From a bacterium (GTDB taxonomy: Bacteria > Patescibacteriota > Minisyncoccia > Phycocordibacterales > Phycocordibacteraceae): a stretch of DNA of 64,000 nt. Each line of letters begins with the position of its first letter. The first letter of the stretch is position 1. Shown piece after piece: positions 37,415 to 46,272 of this stretch. The notes below the pieces were generated by a model. The model had not been told where the DNA came from. It saw only the letters and a list, made by a program, of their open reading frames with translations, and made no database searches. Where the stretch lies: the NCBI GenBank assembly GCA_037200965.1, contig JBBCGK010000001.1, positions 384,001 through 448,000 on the forward strand. The letters run 5' to 3'. The translations under genes were made by a program, and so were the position numbers.

Positions 37415-37456
37415 CGCCCCCGCCAGAAGCAACCTCGGCTGCTTCTGGCGGGGGCG
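37415..37456. terminator. 16-bp perfect-stem hairpin (CGCCCCCGCCAGAAGC / GCTTCTGGCGGGGGCG) between the T4CP-like gene and the glycan operon
   Basis: Perfect inverted repeat with a 10-nt loop; the minus-strand reading is followed by GCTTTCGCCTTGTATT. Confidence 0.5.
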
Positions 37457-37553
37457 ATTACTCTTTCCTTGGCATAGCGGACTTTGGTTACGATCCAACA
37501 ATCTTTGTCCGACGTTCCTTAGTACTCTCCGTTCGGGGAAAAAGTTTCAAACA

Positions 37554-39518
37554 CTATGCCTCGCCCTTGAGTATTTTCTTCAGCGTCTCTTCAGGAACTT
37601 CGAAAGGCTGCACTCCTGGCGTTTTTTGCTGCGTTTGCGGTTCTTGCCGCGGTGCCGGAGCTTGGGGCACAACATCTGTCGCCGCGGAAGGCGCTACGGC
37701 TGGCTGCTTCGCGATAACGCTCGCGAGCGCGTCCTTGAGCGAACTTTGCTTCTCGGTCTCTTTCTGCTGTTTCTCCTTCCCGGCCGATGCGGTCATATTC
37801 TTGAGTATTGATTTAAGCTCCTCGGTGGTCTTTGCTTTCGGTACGGGCGGAACGCGTTCCCGGATCGGCGCGTTTATGGGCCGGTTTTGCTCTACGGAAG
37901 CGGGCTCGCCCATGGGAAGCTCTTCCCGGTGCGGGCGCGGCGGAAGCGCCTCTTCCTTTGGTCGTGGAGGGAGCGTACGCTCCGGAGAAAGGACAGGAGC
38001 GCGCATCAGGGTCCTTGCGGGAGAAGGCATGCGGGCCGGAACCGGGCGCTCGCTTGCCTCGCGCCGTGGCGCGGCAGGCACCGGGCGGGCCCCGGGCCCC
38101 GGCACTTCGCTTCCCTGGTTCGCAAGCGCCTTTTGCATGGCGACATTGCTTGGGGCTTTTCTCGGGGCCCCTGGCGGGCCGTACGAGGCCTTGCGCATGC
38201 GTGCGTCGACCGGCGCTTCGGAGGCGACGCTCGCCTCAAGCTCGGCGACTATGGCGCTTTCGATTCCTTCGCGCGGCGAGGTGAACTGCGCGCGGGAGGA
38301 GGCGATAACCTCGTTCCGGTACGAAACGGGCGGCGCTTCGATCGGCGGTATGGTTACGGCCGAAAACGGCGGCGAGCCGACGCCGTCGATCATGAGGGTC
38401 AGGTATATCTGCCGCTTGTCGAGACCGACGATGTCCTCCTTGAGGAAGGCGGGCGAAAAGACCGTTTCGAGTGTCTCGGCGTCGAAGGGACCGACGCGGA
38501 ACGCGACCGTCGTGCCCACGTTCCCGAATACGGCGTCCCGGACCTCTTCTTCCATCTGTTCGATGTACTGGTGCGCGATGACGAGGTTAAGTTTGTATTT
38601 TCGGGCTTCGGAAAGAATCTCGGCAAACGTCTCGTTCGCGAAGTTCTGGAATTCGTCGACATAGAAATAGAAGTGCGGGAGCCGGGCGAGGTCGGCGCCG
38701 TGGAGATTCGCGCGGCTCATGGCGCCGAGAAAGATGCGCGTCGTTAGCATGGAGCCCAGGAGCCGCATGTTGGTCTCGCCGACAAGCCCCTTCGAGAGGT
38801 TGATGATGAGTATCTTCCGGTTGTCCATCATCTCCCTGATGTCGAACGAGGACTTCGGCTGCCCGATAATGTTTCGAATGAGCGGGTTCCCGGTAAACTG
38901 GCCGATCTTGTTCTGGATCGCGGGCGTCGCCTCTTGCGTGTACTTGTCACCGTAGTTTGCGAATTCCTTGACCCAGAAATCCTTCACGACCGGATCTTTC
39001 ACGTTATCGACGACTTTGGTGCGATAAGCCCTGTCGGTGTACATGCGGTTCACCCCGAGAAGCGTCGCGTCCGGGTATTCAAGGAGCGCGAGGAGCGTGT
39101 TCGTGAGGATGTACTCCATGCGGGCGCTCCAGGCGTCCTCCCAAATCTTCTTGAAGGTCGCCATGAGACCCGAGACCACGAGGTGTCGCTTGTCGTACCC
39201 GACGTCTTCCATCACGTTGAAAGCGATCGGATTGTCCATGTCAAACGGCGCGAAGTAGACCACGTCCTTGATGCGCTCCTGCGGGACGTACTCCAGGAGC
39301 TTGTTGGCAGTCTCGCCGTGCGGGTCGATAAAGGTGAGACCTTCGCCGTTCCGAAGGTCCTGGATCGCCATGTTCTCAAGCAAGGTCGACTTGCCCATAC
39401 CCGTCTTCCCGATCACGTACATATGGCGGTCGCGGTCCTTCTGCTTGATGCCAAATGGCACTTTCTTCCCTCTCGAGTCGGTCGCCGCGAAATAGGTAAC
39501 GCGTTCCGGATTATCCAT
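37554..39518 (-). CDS. TraG/TraD/VirD4-family coupling-protein-like P-loop ATPase (soluble, no N-terminal TM helices) with a ~250-aa Pro/Ala-rich disordered C-terminal tail
   Basis: Walker A YVIGKTGMGKSTLL and Walker B FYFYVDEFQNFA (a DEF-type motif as in T4CPs). The C-terminus is PRPKEEALPPRPHREELP-rich. The start is chosen at ATG 39518, 6 nt after a perfect TATAAT; the track start at 39545 is a TTG. Confidence 0.5.
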   Translation of the reverse strand: MDNPERVTYFAATDSRGKKVPFGIKQKDRDRHMYVIGKTGMGKSTLLENMAIQDLRNGEGLTFIDPHGETANKLLEYVPQERIKDVVYFAPFDMDNPIAFNVMEDVGYDKRHLVVSGLMATFKKIWEDAWSARMEYILTNTLLALLEYPDATLLGVNRMYTDRAYRTKVVDNVKDPVVKDFWVKEFANYGDKYTQEATPAIQNKIGQFTGNPLIRNIIGQPKSSFDIREMMDNRKILIINLSKGLVGETNMRLLGSMLTTRIFLGAMSRANLHGADLARLPHFYFYVDEFQNFANETFAEILSEARKYKLNLVIAHQYIEQMEEEVRDAVFGNVGTTVAFRVGPFDAETLETVFSPAFLKEDIVGLDKRQIYLTLMIDGVGSPPFSAVTIPPIEAPPVSYRNEVIASSRAQFTSPREGIESAIVAELEASVASEAPVDARMRKASYGPPGAPRKAPSNVAMQKALANQGSEVPGPGARPVPAAPRREASERPVPARMPSPARTLMRAPVLSPERTLPPRPKEEALPPRPHREELPMGEPASVEQNRPINAPIRERVPPVPKAKTTEELKSILKNMTASAGKEKQQKETEKQSSLKDALASVIAKQPAVAPSAATDVVPQAPAPRQEPQTQQKTPGVQPFEVPEETLKKILKGEA

Positions 39519-39588
39519 GCGCCTATTATACACTTTCCAACGCAACGGCCGCGCCTAAAGACGCGGTCGTTGCTTATTTTCGTTTTTT

Positions 39589-39816
39589 CTACCCTACGCT
39601 ACTGATTTCTTCAGAGCCGCCTGGCGCCGGAGCGGGAGCGGCGGCGGAAGCGCGTATCTCCGCGCGTACCCTTGATTGACGCAGCGAGAGGCCCGCGACC
39701 ACTATGGCGATGCCAAGGATCGGTAGAAACCATGAGAGCCACGAAACCGGAAGGCCCGAAAAAGGCGAAAGGAAAACGAGGACGCCAAGAAGTATAAGGG
39801 TACTTACGCGGGACAT
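39589..39816 (-). CDS. small 2-TM membrane protein encoded immediately upstream of the T4CP-like ATPase
   Basis: 75 aa: MSRVSTLILLGVLVFLSPFSGLPVSWLSWFLPILGIAIVVAGLSL... Confidence 0.35.
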   Translation of the reverse strand: MSRVSTLILLGVLVFLSPFSGLPVSWLSWFLPILGIAIVVAGLSLRQSRVRAEIRASAAAPAPAPGGSEEISSVG

Positions 39817-39828
39817 GGCCAGATTCTA

Positions 39829-40512
39829 TCAAGGACTCACGATGACGACAAATTCTCCCCGGATCTCGCCCGGAAACGCCGCGAAATGCGCCCGGCACTG
39901 GGTAGCGGTGCCGACGACGAGCGACTCGTAGAGTTTCGTGAGCTCGCGGCAAACGGCGACCTTCCGATTGGCGTCGAGGACCTCGACAAGAGAATCGAGC
40001 GCTTTCTCGATACGGTGCGGGGATTCATAAAAAACGACAGCGCGCCGGCTTGTTCCGATTTCCTTAAAGAGCGTCTGCCGCCCTTTTTTATGCGGAAGGA
40101 ATCCGAGGAACGTGAACTCCGCAGCCGGGAGTCCCGCGATCGAGAGTGCGGCAGTAAGGGCCGAGGCGCCAGGGATGGCCTCGATCTTTACCGATTCCCC
40201 GAGCCGCTCGCGCGTTTCTCTTACCAGCTCGTTTCCGGGGTCCGAGATGCCCGGCGTCCCCGCATCGGTCACGAGCGCGACGCGCTTTCCTTCCCCAAGA
40301 AGCGCGAAGATCTTCGAGGCAGCCTTGGGGCCGCTTCGCGCATGGAAAATAAGAAGCGGCTTCGAGATTTCATAGCGCGCCAAGAGCTTCGCCGTCACGC
40401 GCGTGTCCTCGCACGCTATCGCGTCGGCCTGCCTGAGCGTCTCGAGCGCCCGCAGCGTGATGTCACCCAGGTTGCCTATGGGCGTTGCCACAACGGAAAG
40501 AGTCCCGAGCAT
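39829..40512 (-). CDS. rsmI: 16S rRNA (cytidine1402-2'-O)-methyltransferase RsmI
   Basis: 227 aa, tetrapyrrole-methylase fold: LSVVATPIGNLGDITLRALETL...AIACEDTRVT...TDAGTPGISDPG. Confidence 0.85.
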   Translation of the reverse strand: MLGTLSVVATPIGNLGDITLRALETLRQADAIACEDTRVTAKLLARYEISKPLLIFHARSGPKAASKIFALLGEGKRVALVTDAGTPGISDPGNELVRETRERLGESVKIEAIPGASALTAALSIAGLPAAEFTFLGFLPHKKGRQTLFKEIGTSRRAVVFYESPHRIEKALDSLVEVLDANRKVAVCRELTKLYESLVVGTATQCRAHFAAFPGEIRGEFVVIVSP

Positions 40513-40606
40513 CGTGTCCGTACCTTACCACCATGCGCTTCGTCCGAACAGCGCAGGACGCTGTTCCCGGGATTATTCGTGGATAAATTGCCGGGTCCAC
40601 GAGTCG

Positions 40607-40616
40607 TGATCCGGGG
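40607..40616. repeat. 10-bp direct repeat TGATCCGGGG (left flank of the IS1595-like element)
   Basis: An identical 10-mer recurs at 41459-41468, bracketing the transposase gene. Confidence 0.5.
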
Positions 40617-41458
40617 GTATTAAGAACAAGTTGGCACAAGCGTGAGTGATTTCGTTAAGTAAATACGGGGCGAATTGAAGATTTCCGGCGAGGAAAATCT
40701 GAAGCAGAATTCCCTCACGTATTCCTCCAAGTTCTCGCTCCAGTGATGATGATACATCCTGCGCACGAAGGTGCGGTATACCCCGAACATTCCCTCGATC
40801 TCAGAGGTGTGCTCGAACTCGAATTTGGAGTGAATATCTCGCTGGTGCGACACCGGCCAGCGTTGGCTGATGTTCTTGTATATCGACCCGCCATCGGTCC
40901 AGAGCTCGCTTCCCGGCGCCACATGCTCGAACAGGAATGAGACGGCATCAGTCTTGGTTGGGTACCTGCCGTGGAATACCTCGAAGGCGAGCTTTCTCGT
41001 ACCTTTCTGCTTGGCCATGACGAGCGCGGCGTTTTTGAAGTACGCTTCGTCCATTTGGACGATACGTTCGAGCACATGGGTTTCCTGGGGCAAATGGAGC
41101 CTGAAGGTGGCATACCAACGCCTGACCGTGCGTTCCGGAAGGCCAGAGAGCGTGACGGCTTGGCGTACCGGCTCTTGTATGGTCCAGCACCAGAGCAGCA
41201 CCCACCACTGCTCGAGGGGGAGCTTCAGATTCGAGAGCCAGGTGTGCGAGGTGAGGGAGAAGCGGATGCGGCACGTGCGGCACCGATACCGCTCCTGTTG
41301 CTTTTCGATCCTTCGTGACCGGCACGAAGGACAGAACACGTTCTTGCCGAAGAGCGTACGGCGCAAGAACTTCCGAATCTGCGCTTCGCTCGGTATCTGT
41401 TTGAGAGTGTACATAGCTTCCATGGTATGGGAGCTGTGCCAACTGAGTCTGAATGCCC
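40617..41458 (-). mobile_element. IS1595-family-like insertion sequence (~840 bp) bounded by 10-bp direct repeats, with short AGTTGGCACA-core terminal inverted repeats
   Basis: Direct repeats as listed. Left end is AGTTGGCACA at 40629-40638; right end is the reverse complement of TGTGCCAACT at 41436-41445. Confidence 0.5.
40620..41423 (-). CDS. IS1595-family DDE transposase (N-terminal zinc-ribbon CPSC...CRTC)
   Basis: FCPSCRSRRIEKQQERYRCRTCRIRF, then IVQMDEAYF ... LWTDGGSIY. The start is chosen at ATG 41423 (MEAMYTLKQ); the track start at 41477 would cross the direct repeat. Confidence 0.7.
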   Translation of the reverse strand: MEAMYTLKQIPSEAQIRKFLRRTLFGKNVFCPSCRSRRIEKQQERYRCRTCRIRFSLTSHTWLSNLKLPLEQWWVLLWCWTIQEPVRQAVTLSGLPERTVRRWYATFRLHLPQETHVLERIVQMDEAYFKNAALVMAKQKGTRKLAFEVFHGRYPTKTDAVSFLFEHVAPGSELWTDGGSIYKNISQRWPVSHQRDIHSKFEFEHTSEIEGMFGVYRTFVRRMYHHHWSENLEEYVREFCFRFSSPEIFNSPRIYLTKSLTLVPTCS

Positions 41459-41468
41459 TGATCCGGGG
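41459..41468. repeat. 10-bp direct repeat TGATCCGGGG (right flank of the IS1595-like element)
   Basis: See 40607-40616. Confidence 0.5.
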
Positions 41469-41470
41469 AC

Positions 41471-41500
41471 TTGACAATACAATATACTAAGGTGTATAAT
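41471..41500 (+). promoter_or_regulatory. perfect-consensus sigma70-type promoter TTGACA-N18-TATAAT
   Basis: Both hexamers are perfect. The promoter sits 3 bp outside the IS1595 direct repeat and about 45 nt upstream of the small ORF 41548-41658. Confidence 0.55.
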
Positions 41501-41547
41501 TGATGCCGTACCCTGTACATCAATCATCACGCTAAGAGGAGAGTTAC

Positions 41548-41658
41548 ATGGATATGACCACCTTACCCTTCGTTGTCGCTTTGGCGACGTTCGGGCTGTA
41601 TTTCGCGGGCCTGTTTTTCGAGGCACGCGCGACAGCGATCCCGTACTTCCGCCCGTAG
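41548..41658 (+). CDS. 36-aa hydrophobic single-TM peptide (MDMTTLPFVVALATFGLYFAGLFFEARATAIPYFRP)
   Basis: A strong SD (AAGAGGAGAG, AGGAG 6 nt before the ATG), a perfect upstream promoter and a downstream hairpin terminator. Too short for the ORF track. Confidence 0.45.
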   Translation: MDMTTLPFVVALATFGLYFAGLFFEARATAIPYFRP

Positions 41659-41680
41659 ACCGAAAAACGGGCGTCTCATT

Positions 41681-41708
41681 GGCGCAGGCTCCGTAAGGAA
41701 CCTGCGCC
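41681..41708. terminator. hairpin GGCGCAGG-loop12-CCTGCGCC followed by CTTTTC, between convergent murC and the small ORF
   Basis: 8-bp GC stem seen directly; a second short hairpin (41651-41670) precedes it. Confidence 0.45.
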
Positions 41709-41745
41709 AACCTGCTTTTCAAGATGAATCAAAATCGGTAACGGT

Positions 41746-43029
41746 CTAGGTCTTAGGTGCGGCGAGCATGTCCGCAATTTTATAAATATCTCCTGCGCCC
41801 ATGGTCATAAGGGAGTCGCCGGAGCCATACGTTTCGAGCACCTTCTCGATAGCGTCAAACGAAGGAAGCGCTGCGGCGTCGGTGCCTTCCGCACGGATAC
41901 GTTCGGCGAGTATGTCACTTGAAATGGTGCCGTCGTCCGTCTCACGCGCCGCATAGATGGGAGCTATAAGGACCTTGTCCGCGTCCTTGAAGGCGGTTGC
42001 GAAATCGTCGAGGAGGTCGCGGGTGCGGCTGTAAAGATGCGGGTGGAAGGCGACAACGACCCTGCCGTTCGTCTTTTCCCGAAGCGCCTTCAAGGTCTCG
42101 CGCACTTCGGTCGGGTGATGCGCGTAGTCATCGTATACGTCGGCCCCGCTCTTGGTTTTTCCTTTGTATTCGAAACGCCGCCAGGTGCCGTGGAAATGAG
42201 AGAGCGAAGTGGCGATGGAACTTTCAGCGATAGACGGAAGAACGGCGCGGGCGGCCCCGGCGGCAGCGCGGGCATTCATTTGATTGAAGCCTCCCGGAAG
42301 CCGCAGCTCATAGGCAGGCTCGAGCGTATAGTCGATAACGGGCGCCACGGCGTCGGCGAGCACCGCCGCGATATTCGCGTCGTGGGGGTTCGTGACGATA
42401 CAGCCGTCCTCGGGCACGTTCCGTATCGCCGTACGAAACGTTTCCTGAAGAGCTGCAAGCGACGGGAAATGATCGGTATGGTCCCATTCGAGGTTGGTGA
42501 CCACGAGCACCGAGGGGGAGAGCTCGAGCAGGTGATCCTTATATTCGCACGCCTCGACGACGAAAAGATCCGAATTACCGGAAAGATAGTTGGAGCCGAA
42601 ATCCTTGACGATAGAGCCGACGATGGCGGTCGGAGAAGCCCCGGCGTCGGCGAGAATCTTCGCAAGCATGCCGGTCGTGGTCGTCTTCCCGTGCGTTCCG
42701 GCGACCGCGATCGTCTTCTTTCCCCGCGACACTTCCCCGAGCATGGCGAAGTACGAGAGTTCGGGTATGCCAAGCTCCCGGGCGCGCATTCGTTCCGGAT
42801 TTTCCGGAGGCACCGCGTCGCTATAGATGAGCCTGTTCGTGAGAGCCTCTACGTTCTCCGCCTTTTGACCTATCACGACCCTGATCCCCTTCTTCTCCAA
42901 TAGCTCCGTCACCGGACCCGCCTCCCTGTCCGATCCGGTTATTTCATTTCCCTGCTCCTTGAGCATTTGCGCGAGCGCGCTCATCCCGATGCCGCCGATG
43001 CCGGTGAAATGGAGTTTTTGAGGGTTCAT
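41746..43029 (-). CDS. murC: UDP-N-acetylmuramate--L-alanine ligase MurC
   Basis: 427 aa: HFTGIGGIGMSALA...IAVAGTHGKTTTTGML...VVEACEYKDH (Mur ligase motifs). Confidence 0.9.
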   Translation of the reverse strand: MNPQKLHFTGIGGIGMSALAQMLKEQGNEITGSDREAGPVTELLEKKGIRVVIGQKAENVEALTNRLIYSDAVPPENPERMRARELGIPELSYFAMLGEVSRGKKTIAVAGTHGKTTTTGMLAKILADAGASPTAIVGSIVKDFGSNYLSGNSDLFVVEACEYKDHLLELSPSVLVVTNLEWDHTDHFPSLAALQETFRTAIRNVPEDGCIVTNPHDANIAAVLADAVAPVIDYTLEPAYELRLPGGFNQMNARAAAGAARAVLPSIAESSIATSLSHFHGTWRRFEYKGKTKSGADVYDDYAHHPTEVRETLKALREKTNGRVVVAFHPHLYSRTRDLLDDFATAFKDADKVLIAPIYAARETDDGTISSDILAERIRAEGTDAAALPSFDAIEKVLETYGSGDSLMTMGAGDIYKIADMLAAPKT

Positions 43030-44099
43030 GCGCCTGTGCCAAGCACGATATCAGAAATATCCCGGCGAAGCTCGTTGATGGCATCCGGGCTCGAGCGCTT
43101 GGGATACGTCCTGTTGGAGAGAACGGCAAACGCTGTTTCCCGTTCCGGATCGACGACGCAGAGCGTTCCCGTGAACCCTGTTTTCCCGAATGTGCTCGGA
43201 CGCACGTGATTTCCCATGAACCTCGGCTCGTTGAGTTCCCATCCAAGGCCCATCGATACGCCAGGCAGGCTGAGCTGGTTGGTATGCATCTGCGCGACCG
43301 TCGCGGGCTCGAAGTATTTGATGCCGCTCAGCGAGCCTTCGTTCAGAAGCATCTCGAGGAAGATGAGGATGTCCGGTACGTTCGTAAAGAGGCCGGCGCA
43401 ACCCATGGGATGCTCTTTCTCCAGAACGAAGCTGGTCTCGTCGTGTACGAATCCCTGCACGAGCCCCCGCCATTCGTCTATCTCCGTCGGCGGAATGCTC
43501 TTCTGGTCGCGAGGAAAAAAGGTTGAGTTCGTCATGCCAAGCGGCTTGAAGAAGTATCCGTGTCCGACTTTATCGACCGTCGAACCTGTTATGTTTTCTA
43601 TGACCAGGCTAAGGAGGAGCGCCGGAAGATTCGAATATTTCGCCTGTTCGCCCGGCCGGGCCTTGAGATTCACGTGCGGAAGATTCTTTCCTATTTCTTG
43701 CGCAGTCGCCTTCGTGACGTCGAATCCGGGCGTCGGAAAATCTGGGATAATCGCGTATGTGAGCAGGTGCCGGATGAGCGTCTCGTGTGTGTAGTTATTT
43801 TTGTAAGTCGGCAGATGAGTGACAAGCTTGTCGTCGAGGGAAAGCTTCCCTTCTTCGATCAGTTTGAGCGCGATGGAGCTCGTCGGGATCGATTTGGTGA
43901 TGGAGGCGACATCATACGATGTATCCGCCATGACCCGGGGACTTTCCGGTTCGTAGGTGAAGCGGCCTTCCGCGAAAATCTCGCGCTTCCCGTCGCGCCC
44001 TACGATGCCGACGACGGCACCCGGGAAGACTCTTTCTTCGATAGCGCGTATAAGCCTGTTTCGGAGTGCTGATTCCATAGACGCTATCAACTCTAGCAT
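43026..44099 (-). CDS. beta-lactamase-family serine hydrolase / PBP-like (SxxK: SITK)
   Basis: 357 aa with the active-site SITKS and YSN-like motifs. ATGA overlap with murC. Confidence 0.7.
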   Translation of the reverse strand: MLELIASMESALRNRLIRAIEERVFPGAVVGIVGRDGKREIFAEGRFTYEPESPRVMADTSYDVASITKSIPTSSIALKLIEEGKLSLDDKLVTHLPTYKNNYTHETLIRHLLTYAIIPDFPTPGFDVTKATAQEIGKNLPHVNLKARPGEQAKYSNLPALLLSLVIENITGSTVDKVGHGYFFKPLGMTNSTFFPRDQKSIPPTEIDEWRGLVQGFVHDETSFVLEKEHPMGCAGLFTNVPDILIFLEMLLNEGSLSGIKYFEPATVAQMHTNQLSLPGVSMGLGWELNEPRFMGNHVRPSTFGKTGFTGTLCVVDPERETAFAVLSNRTYPKRSSPDAINELRRDISDIVLGTGA

Positions 44100-44146
44100 T
44101 TTCGATGCATGGGTGCCTTTTCTCTGCCTCTGCTACACTGGCCCGT

Positions 44147-45067
44147 ATGGCCCGAATCTATGACAAGGCGTATTTCGGTTCAAAGGTGGTGCCCATTGAT
44201 GACGCAGCGCTCAACATCACTACCTCAGCTGTACTCTACGGGCTCAGCGTCTATACGGTATTCCCGGTATGCGTGACGCAAGACGGACTCGCAGCGTTTC
44301 GCCTGTCCGACCATTTCAAGCGCCTTATCGAGTCGGCGCGCATAGTTGGAATCGACACATTCGAACAGGAATGGACGTATGAGAAGTTCTTGGTGGCCGT
44401 GAAGGAGACTACGGCCGCAAACAGCATCCGCCAAGACGCATTCGTGCGCGCGAGTGTACATGTGAGTGAGCGCGTGCCGGGCACGCGCTCGAGAGGACTG
44501 GCGACGACCTTGAGCATGTTCGTCTATGAAGCACTCCCGATCATCCCGCAGGACGGGACGCGCCTCAAGACGAGCGTCTGGAGGCGCGTCCCCGACTATG
44601 CGATTCCTTCCCGCGCGAAGGTAAACGGGGCGTATGTGAACTCGGTGCTTGGAAAGCAGGACGCGCTCGACAGCGGGTACGACGACTGCATCTTCCTAGA
44701 CGCCGAAGGCCATGTCTGCGAATTGTCCGCGGCAAACATCTTCATCGTCCGCGACGGCATGCTTGTTACACCGCCGACCTCAGGCGATATTCTTGAGGGA
44801 ATAAACCGGCGCACCATACTCGAGCTTGCGAAGAACATGGAAATCCCCGCGGTTGAACGCACGATCGACCTTACCGAACTCTATGTGGCGGAGGAGGCAT
44901 TCGCCTGCGGTACCTCTTCCTTCATCGCTCCTATCGCCGAGATCGACAAGCGTCGTATCGGTTCGGGTGCGATAGGCCCGATTACGACACGGATACGGCA
45001 ACAACACACGGCCGCGCTTCACGGGAGCGATCCGGCTTACCACAAATGGCTTACGATTTTAAGCTAG
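44147..45067 (+). CDS. class IV (fold-type IV) aminotransferase: branched-chain amino acid or D-amino-acid aminotransferase
   Basis: About 306 aa with motifs FLDAEGHVCELSAANIFIV and GITR-like regions. The start is chosen at ATG 44147, 7 nt after TACACT. Its stop overlaps the murD stop on the opposite strand at the CTAG. Confidence 0.7.
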   Translation: MARIYDKAYFGSKVVPIDDAALNITTSAVLYGLSVYTVFPVCVTQDGLAAFRLSDHFKRLIESARIVGIDTFEQEWTYEKFLVAVKETTAANSIRQDAFVRASVHVSERVPGTRSRGLATTLSMFVYEALPIIPQDGTRLKTSVWRRVPDYAIPSRAKVNGAYVNSVLGKQDALDSGYDDCIFLDAEGHVCELSAANIFIVRDGMLVTPPTSGDILEGINRRTILELAKNMEIPAVERTIDLTELYVAEEAFACGTSSFIAPIAEIDKRRIGSGAIGPITTRIRQQHTAALHGSDPAYHKWLTILS

Positions 45068-46272
45068 TTTTCTGCAAGAGTTGAAATCCATTTCCTGTAC
45101 TGCGCACTCTTGTCCTTATAGTCCTTGAAGAGGTTGAAGCTCGGTGAGGCATTCGAAAGAAGAACGATCCCGCCAGGGCGCGTATGCGTATACGCGGCAC
45201 GCACCGCTTCTTCCATAGAAGATACGGGGATGATATTCCGCTCGCTCACTTCGGCCACCATCTTGGCACCCGTATCGGGAAATATGATAAAGGTTTGTAT
45301 CTTGGTCTTCCCCAATTCTTGAGCAAAAGCATCAAATGAAATGCCGCGATCTTCTCCGCCGAGGATGATGGTATCGACACCGGAAAGAGCGTGTACGGAA
45401 GCCATCGAGGCTTCCGGAATGGTGGCGAGAGAGTCGTCGTAAAATGTGATGCCGCGATACGTTCCGAGTCTCTCCAGTCGGTACGGGAGCGGAATAAATG
45501 TCTTGATATGTTCGCGGGCTTCGGCTTCCGAGATACCCAACGCCTGCACCGCCGCGACCGCAAGCGCACAATCCTTTTGATTATGCTCGCCGAGGAGTTT
45601 TGTCTCGAAGCTTTTGCTCATATCCGGCCGCACTACCTTTCCTGCAAACTGAATAGCAAGATCACTGCCGTTTATGAAAACATCTTCCGAACCTTGGAAA
45701 CGCGCGATATTGAGCTTCGCCTCCTTGTACTTTTCAAAAGAACCGTGATGGGATAAATGTTCCTGATAGAGATTCGTAAGGACGGCAACGTGTGGGGAGT
45801 GCGTCAGGTATTCGCACTGATAACTCGACAGCTCAAGGACATGAAGCTGACCCGGAATATCCGCGCTCAGGATATCTGCGTCGGCAATACCAATATTGCC
45901 CGAGAGCCGGACGGTACGGCCCGCTCCTTTGAGTATGTGGTAAATCAGCGAAGAGACGGTACTCTTTCCTTTCGTACCCGTGACCCCGATGGCCCGGTCG
46001 CGCACGCGTTCAAGCACCAAGTCGGTAAACGTGGTGACGCGCGTTTTCGAAGAAGCAAGCCGGAGCTTTCTCGTCGGTATGCCGGGAGTCTTGTAGACAA
46101 TCTCGATAATGTCCGGTATCGAGAGCCCGAGATGCACGGTCGCATCCAATCCCCCAGGGTCTATAGCCGCTTCGTCGAAAATATGGAGTTCGGCCTTTCC
46201 TTTGAAATATTCATAAGCGGCATGGCCTTCCAGACCGAAACCGGCAATCCCGATGATAGGCTGTGCGCTCAT
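45064..46272 (-). CDS. murD: UDP-N-acetylmuramoylalanine--glutamate ligase MurD (possibly the L-Glu-adding MurD2 type)
   Basis: 402 aa: IGIAGFGLEGHAAYEYF...IGVTGTKGKSTVSSL... (Mur ligase). Confidence 0.85.
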   Translation of the reverse strand: MSAQPIIGIAGFGLEGHAAYEYFKGKAELHIFDEAAIDPGGLDATVHLGLSIPDIIEIVYKTPGIPTRKLRLASSKTRVTTFTDLVLERVRDRAIGVTGTKGKSTVSSLIYHILKGAGRTVRLSGNIGIADADILSADIPGQLHVLELSSYQCEYLTHSPHVAVLTNLYQEHLSHHGSFEKYKEAKLNIARFQGSEDVFINGSDLAIQFAGKVVRPDMSKSFETKLLGEHNQKDCALAVAAVQALGISEAEAREHIKTFIPLPYRLERLGTYRGITFYDDSLATIPEASMASVHALSGVDTIILGGEDRGISFDAFAQELGKTKIQTFIIFPDTGAKMVAEVSERNIIPVSSMEEAVRAAYTHTRPGGIVLLSNASPSFNLFKDYKDKSAQYRKWISTLAEN

